Virus record (IMG/VR): IMGVR_UViG_3300020042_010726
Span: 1-37,731 of that record
Reading direction: 5' to 3' (one strand)
Length of the DNA: 37,731 nt
Source of the DNA: a virus
Taxonomy: Duplodnaviria; Caudoviricetes
Shown: positions 33,693-37,731 of the stretch, one piece after another
How positions within the stretch are numbered: the stretch's first letter is position 1
Layout of the letters: every line of letters begins with the position of its first letter
Position numbers and translations under genes: made by a program
Notes under the pieces: generated by a model
Told to the model about the DNA's origin: nothing
The model's database searches: none
The model's input: only the letters and a program-made list of their open reading frames with translations

Positions 33693-35264
33693 TTACCTTT
33701 TTTTGAAGTTCATCACGGTAGGCGCTTTGATGGCAAACCGTTCGTCCTGCCTACGGGTCAAAATAGCATAACAAATTTCAAACGAGTGTCGCGGGTTTAA
33801 AATATACCCCCGGGTGACATCTTGGCCTATACGGATAGTCTGATCGATCAACCGCATACCAGCCTTCTCACAAACTCTCTTAACCTCCTTCCCAGCACGT
33901 CCTCGGGCTGTCGCATAGCCAGTCTTGAAAAACTCCGCATGCCATTCATTCATAACTGCGGATGCTATGAATATTTGATGTTCTAATGGGCAAAGACGAT
34001 GATCACTCAGCGATTTGTAGGACCTTGTTTTTGATGTGACCCAGTCAAGAAATTCTCGGTAAACTTCTGAATCATCCTTCAGTGCTGCAACATCAGCTTT
34101 AAGCATGGACCCGAAGTCCTCCTGCGTCAGCCTGTGGAGGACGGTCCGCTCCCACATGGGGAAGCGCGTAGCACATGGTCTGGCATACCCTGTCTCTGGC
34201 AGGTTAAGGATGTAGGCGATGTCCTGCAAAATCTCGATCCTGTGCTCAACTAAGAATGCCTTTACGTTTTCCTCGACCCAAGTCTCCCCGGCCTTGGGAG
34301 GAGCCAATCTGATCACTACAGACCTAGTCGCAAGGTCCTCGCTGAGATAGGGATCGTTCGACGTGATCACAAAGGTGACATGGTTTTCTATGGACCTGTT
34401 ACCTTCCTGGAAGGAGTGTCCAAAAAGATAATCATTTGTGATCATTCGCTCAAGGATGGCAGTTTTATTCTGTCCCTTTACGTTGTCGAACCTAATGATC
34501 CGCTCCTTGGCGATCCGCATCAGGTCGATGATCATCCTCTCGGGCGTGACTTCGATATGCATCTCCCCATGGGACTCATGAAGGCTCATGATCATCTTTG
34601 CGAAGGTAGACTTACCAATCTGCACTGTCGTGTCAGCACCGTCCTCCCCAGCGATCACAAAAACCGGACGTTTACCTTGGAGGAGCGAGCTAGACGGGGT
34701 CACAGCAAAAGCCTTCATTAGAAGGCGATCCTTTGGAGTCAGGGGATTGAAAAAGTCTAGGAAGCGGTCAAGGACCCCAGTCTCTTTGGGGATGATCTCG
34801 GGGCCAGTAATCAGGTGATCATCTTGAATAGGCCAAGCAGGATATTTACTAAAAGCGTTATAGTTTTTAATAGATCTCTTGAAAAGTCTGGTAAAAGGCT
34901 TCCACTTAACCTTGATTTCTAATTCCTTCATTTTGAAATCAAGTAGGATTTCCTTTTCATATAACATTGACTCTAGGTCTATTTCGTCTTTTGCTAATTC
35001 AAAGTCTAGGTTGTTAGTCTTTGGATTGCGCGTTAACTGGGTCATGATCCCATTAAAATGAATAAGGTTGGGGAGTAATTCCCTCAACTCCTCAATCATG
35101 TCGCCAGCGCTCTTGGGTCCGTAGACGGGATAACCCTTCTGAGTCTGCCCGATGATAAGATAATTCGTAAAAACTTTTTGGCCTTCTGTTGAATCCATCT
35201 TGTTTTTCTCTTGCTTTTCTCGCCCGGACGTGAGAATTTCGGGCGGTAAATTTAAGTCGGTCAA
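33693..35264 (-). CDS. Primase-associated P-loop NTPase/helicase (SF3-like), 523 aa
   Basis: PVFVIAG...GKST, IIRFDNV, FVITSN, DLATRSVVIRL; TTG start with AAGGAG SD. Confidence 0.75.
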   Translation of the reverse strand: MTDLNLPPEILTSGREKQEKNKMDSTEGQKVFTNYLIIGQTQKGYPVYGPKSAGDMIEELRELLPNLIHFNGIMTQLTRNPKTNNLDFELAKDEIDLESMLYEKEILLDFKMKELEIKVKWKPFTRLFKRSIKNYNAFSKYPAWPIQDDHLITGPEIIPKETGVLDRFLDFFNPLTPKDRLLMKAFAVTPSSSLLQGKRPVFVIAGEDGADTTVQIGKSTFAKMIMSLHESHGEMHIEVTPERMIIDLMRIAKERIIRFDNVKGQNKTAILERMITNDYLFGHSFQEGNRSIENHVTFVITSNDPYLSEDLATRSVVIRLAPPKAGETWVEENVKAFLVEHRIEILQDIAYILNLPETGYARPCATRFPMWERTVLHRLTQEDFGSMLKADVAALKDDSEVYREFLDWVTSKTRSYKSLSDHRLCPLEHQIFIASAVMNEWHAEFFKTGYATARGRAGKEVKRVCEKAGMRLIDQTIRIGQDVTRGYILNPRHSFEICYAILTRRQDERFAIKAPTVMNFKKR

Positions 35265-35305
35265 GGGTAGACTCCTTTACTGATCAGCCAGGGAAGCGGC
35301 AAACT

Positions 35306-36115
35306 TCACTGGCTTTGTTTTTTTCTAAACGCGGACTTAACACAGTCCAAAAATTCTTTATCATTAAAATCAGTCCGGCAAAAGGGCGAATCAGTCAGCT
35401 TTTTCAATACCTGGTCTTTAGTGAGTCCCTGTCTTACCAAATATTGGGCACTGACGTAAAGCGAATCGTTCCTCCCCTTACCGAAAACTTTACCATCGCT
35501 TAAAAAATCAACTATATGCCTGGGGAGGGGTGCGCCAGGTCGCTGGGCGTAAGCGGCCATGCGGGATTTACAAATCTCAACCTGGCGATCATGCTTTGTT
35601 GCCGCGATCACTGGCAGGGCTTCCCCGTCAGGCTCAATATGGACGAGAGCCTTGCATGGGTAGAATTGCCTCCCCAGGTCCACTCCGGCCTGGTCAGCAT
35701 CGGGGAGCACGTCGTGGACGTAGTGCCGCATGGTCACCTGATAGTCGAGGGGGTCGTCGATCCTTCGCTCAAAGGGGATCAACACCCTAAACCTGTCCCT
35801 TGGAGGCTCGGTGTTTTTCGGTAGCTGATGGGACTTGGTGGTAGCGATCATATACTTTAGACCAGCGAGATCGCGCATCGCTCGTTTGATCGTGTACTCC
35901 TCCTCCCCGTTTTCCATCTTATTATCAAAGTCCAAACCGCAAATATCGCTAAAAACGAAGTTATCGCCTAGTCTGTAATTCCGCGCAAAGATAATGGGAC
36001 TCCAAGTGTATTGACTGATCACGTCCCATAAGTCTCTCGCATGCCGATTTTGGAAGGGGACGAATCCCCAAGGCATGTTAGTGCATCCCTTTGTTGCTTT
36101 GTTGTAAGAGATCAT
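35306..36115 (-). CDS. AEP-superfamily primase-polymerase with PriCT-like C-terminus, 269 aa
   Basis: GLDFD, TTKSH...RFRVLIPF, D...DLGRQFY, GRNDSLY. Confidence 0.85.
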   Translation of the reverse strand: MISYNKATKGCTNMPWGFVPFQNRHARDLWDVISQYTWSPIIFARNYRLGDNFVFSDICGLDFDNKMENGEEEYTIKRAMRDLAGLKYMIATTKSHQLPKNTEPPRDRFRVLIPFERRIDDPLDYQVTMRHYVHDVLPDADQAGVDLGRQFYPCKALVHIEPDGEALPVIAATKHDRQVEICKSRMAAYAQRPGAPLPRHIVDFLSDGKVFGKGRNDSLYVSAQYLVRQGLTKDQVLKKLTDSPFCRTDFNDKEFLDCVKSAFRKKQSQ

Positions 36116-36153
36116 TTAAAACCATTTTAACACTTATATAAAGGTTATTTATG
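36113..36153. promoter_or_regulatory. Compact divergent promoter region
   Basis: Minus strand TGtTAAAAT-8 nt-ATG; plus strand TATAAA-8 nt-ATG; only 35 bp between the two starts. Confidence 0.55.
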
Positions 36154-36618
36154 ACCAGAATTGCTGGAATTGATCCCGGTCGAGACGGAGCTATAGTTGT
36201 ATTACAAGACGGGCTTATATACAAATACACTTTACTTAGGGCTTGTATACCAAAGCTATATCTGCTAGACCACGGGGTCCGGACGGTCTATGTAGAAAAG
36301 GCTCAACCAATGGGACGCGAATCATCAAAAGCAATGTTCAACTACGGCATGGCCTACGGCTACATGCTAGGGACATTGTCAGGATCAGGGTTGGACATCA
36401 ACTTCGTCCCTCCCGCTGTCTGGACGGGTGCGTTGCATAAAAAAGCGCCCATGACTTTTTCCAACGCGAAGGAAGCGAGTCTTTATGTTGCTCGCCAGTT
36501 ATGGCCGGATCAGAATTTTTTAGCTACTGAGCGTAGTCGAGTGCCGCACGACGGGGTTGTTGATGCTGCGCTGATCGCGTATTACGGTGGGTATTACAAA
36601 AAGGAGGAAAAAAAATGA
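36151..36618 (+). CDS. RuvC-like Holliday junction resolvase, 155 aa
   Basis: IAGIDPG, VYVEK, MFNYG..YG, VPPAVW, HDGVVDAALIA. Confidence 0.88.
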   Translation: MTRIAGIDPGRDGAIVVLQDGLIYKYTLLRACIPKLYLLDHGVRTVYVEKAQPMGRESSKAMFNYGMAYGYMLGTLSGSGLDINFVPPAVWTGALHKKAPMTFSNAKEASLYVARQLWPDQNFLATERSRVPHDGVVDAALIAYYGGYYKKEEKK

Positions 36619-36866
36619 TAGAGCCGACGTGGATCACGCCTGAAGCCGCAGAGCACCATAAGCATGTAATCCTTTTTCGCCAACTCAAAGATGAACTGGG
36701 ATTCAACAAAGCTTTCGAGACCTGTGTAAACCTGACATTGTATGCCTTACAAGTAGTCCATGTAGACATGCGTGCCGAATTGCTTCGAGATATAATCGAT
36801 CAATTTCAAGAGTTAGTATCTCATGTAGAAAAGGGGGAGCGCTTAAATGACCACAATGTCCAGTGA
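36615..36866 (+). CDS. Hypothetical protein, 83 aa
   Basis: AGGAGG SD; ATGA overlap. Confidence 0.75.
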   Translation: MIEPTWITPEAAEHHKHVILFRQLKDELGFNKAFETCVNLTLYALQVVHVDMRAELLRDIIDQFQELVSHVEKGERLNDHNVQ

Positions 36867-37245
36867 AGATTTAGAGGACCTGAAAATCCTGCCCACGGGG
36901 ACGTGTTTTGACGACGCGCTTTTTGTCTGGGCGATTTTCACAAAAAACACCCGCGCTATCCCGTCCTACTTAGTCCACGGTATATGCCTCCATGCTGACG
37001 GGACGCCCTACGCTCACGCCTGGGTTGAACGGGTTGACCTGTGTATTTTCTCAGGGATCATGCACGGGGAGAAAATGGCCTTTGAAGTCCCCCAGCCTGA
37101 CTTCTATGAGTATTTCCGCGTGACCGACGACGTGAAAAAGTATAGCACCGAGGACTTTTTGCAATTCGAGGACTTGCATGAGCGAAAAGCGGGACCTTGG
37201 GAGAAGCGCTATATTGCGCTGACTACGGACGGGAAAAATGCTTAA
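36847..37245 (+). CDS. Papain/transglutaminase-like fold protein, 132 aa
   Basis: GTCFDDA...LVHG...HAWVE motif order; GGGAG SD. Confidence 0.6.
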   Translation: MTTMSSEDLEDLKILPTGTCFDDALFVWAIFTKNTRAIPSYLVHGICLHADGTPYAHAWVERVDLCIFSGIMHGEKMAFEVPQPDFYEYFRVTDDVKKYSTEDFLQFEDLHERKAGPWEKRYIALTTDGKNA

Positions 37246-37618
37246 CATCGAAAACCCACCTTTGGTAGTTCTATTGGAGCTAGCTAAGATAAAAGACGAG
37301 AGGGTGCGCAATAAAGCTATCACCGGCTGGTATGATTTTTATATCAAGGAATTAACTTGGTTCTTCGAGTCCAGCACTGACGCAGCTATCAATCCCTTGT
37401 CATTTGCGGATAGGTCTTATACCGCGCTCAAAACAGAGCTAAGTAATAAGCTATGCACTCACCCAAATGTTGTTATCACTACCAAATTTATCCCAGAATT
37501 GGGTCGAGTCCGCATTACTGCGGCAGTAGGTCTTTTGAGACTTAACAAGCCTCGCATCGATGAAAATAATAGAAATGAGATAGAGGGATTGCGATTACCG
37601 CGTAATTTATTAGAGTGA
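37238..37618 (+). CDS. Hypothetical protein, 126 aa
   Basis: Overlap-coupled; continues the plus-strand operon. Confidence 0.7.
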   Translation: MLNIENPPLVVLLELAKIKDERVRNKAITGWYDFYIKELTWFFESSTDAAINPLSFADRSYTALKTELSNKLCTHPNVVITTKFIPELGRVRITAAVGLLRLNKPRIDENNRNEIEGLRLPRNLLE

Positions 37619-37731
37619 ATTGGAGGAAAAAAAAATGACATTTGACCAGTGGCAATATGTCCTAGCAGGATTCGCCTACACAGTGCTTTGTTTTTCCTTG
37701 GGCTTTGTCGTGGGTGTCAAATCATTAAGCA
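37611..37731. repeat. Terminal direct repeat, copy 2
   Basis: Identical to 1-121. Confidence 0.95.

Noticed and set aside
1-37731. Alternative genetic code or stop readthrough
   Set aside because: Genes are intact and tightly packed under code 11, and all three stop codons are used.

Overview
The window looks like one complete, circularly assembled tailed dsDNA phage genome. Bases 1-121 are identical to 37611-37731, so the unit length is 37,610 bp. The architecture is podovirus-like. A ~32 kb minus-strand arm (36115->4177) carries an AEP primase, a P-loop helicase-like gene, an iteron-rich origin, small accessory genes (including an Acb2/Tad1-like anti-defence candidate), TerS/TerL, scaffold, major capsid, tail fibre, adaptor, nozzle, portal, putative ejection proteins, a cluster of small beta-sandwich proteins, a permuted papain-like amidase and an M15 endolysin. 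A short plus-strand arm (RuvC-like resolvase, gp157-like, ERF, RHH regulator) is interrupted by an inverted operon of secreted/membrane proteins containing a CAP-domain gene. I saw no integrase, HTH repressor, family A/B DNA polymerase, tRNA or CRISPR array. All product calls come from motif recognition by eye, with no database search. Several start codons were moved from the supplied ORF track using SD sequences and gene overlaps, and some small ORFs were added. The main leads are: accessory genes bracketed by exact RBS duplications, the sponge-like anti-defence gene, a 13-aa Pro/Lys leader peptide, an SD-hairpin-AUG arrangement on TerS, and a scaffold-like helix motif repeated in a 655-aa orphan.
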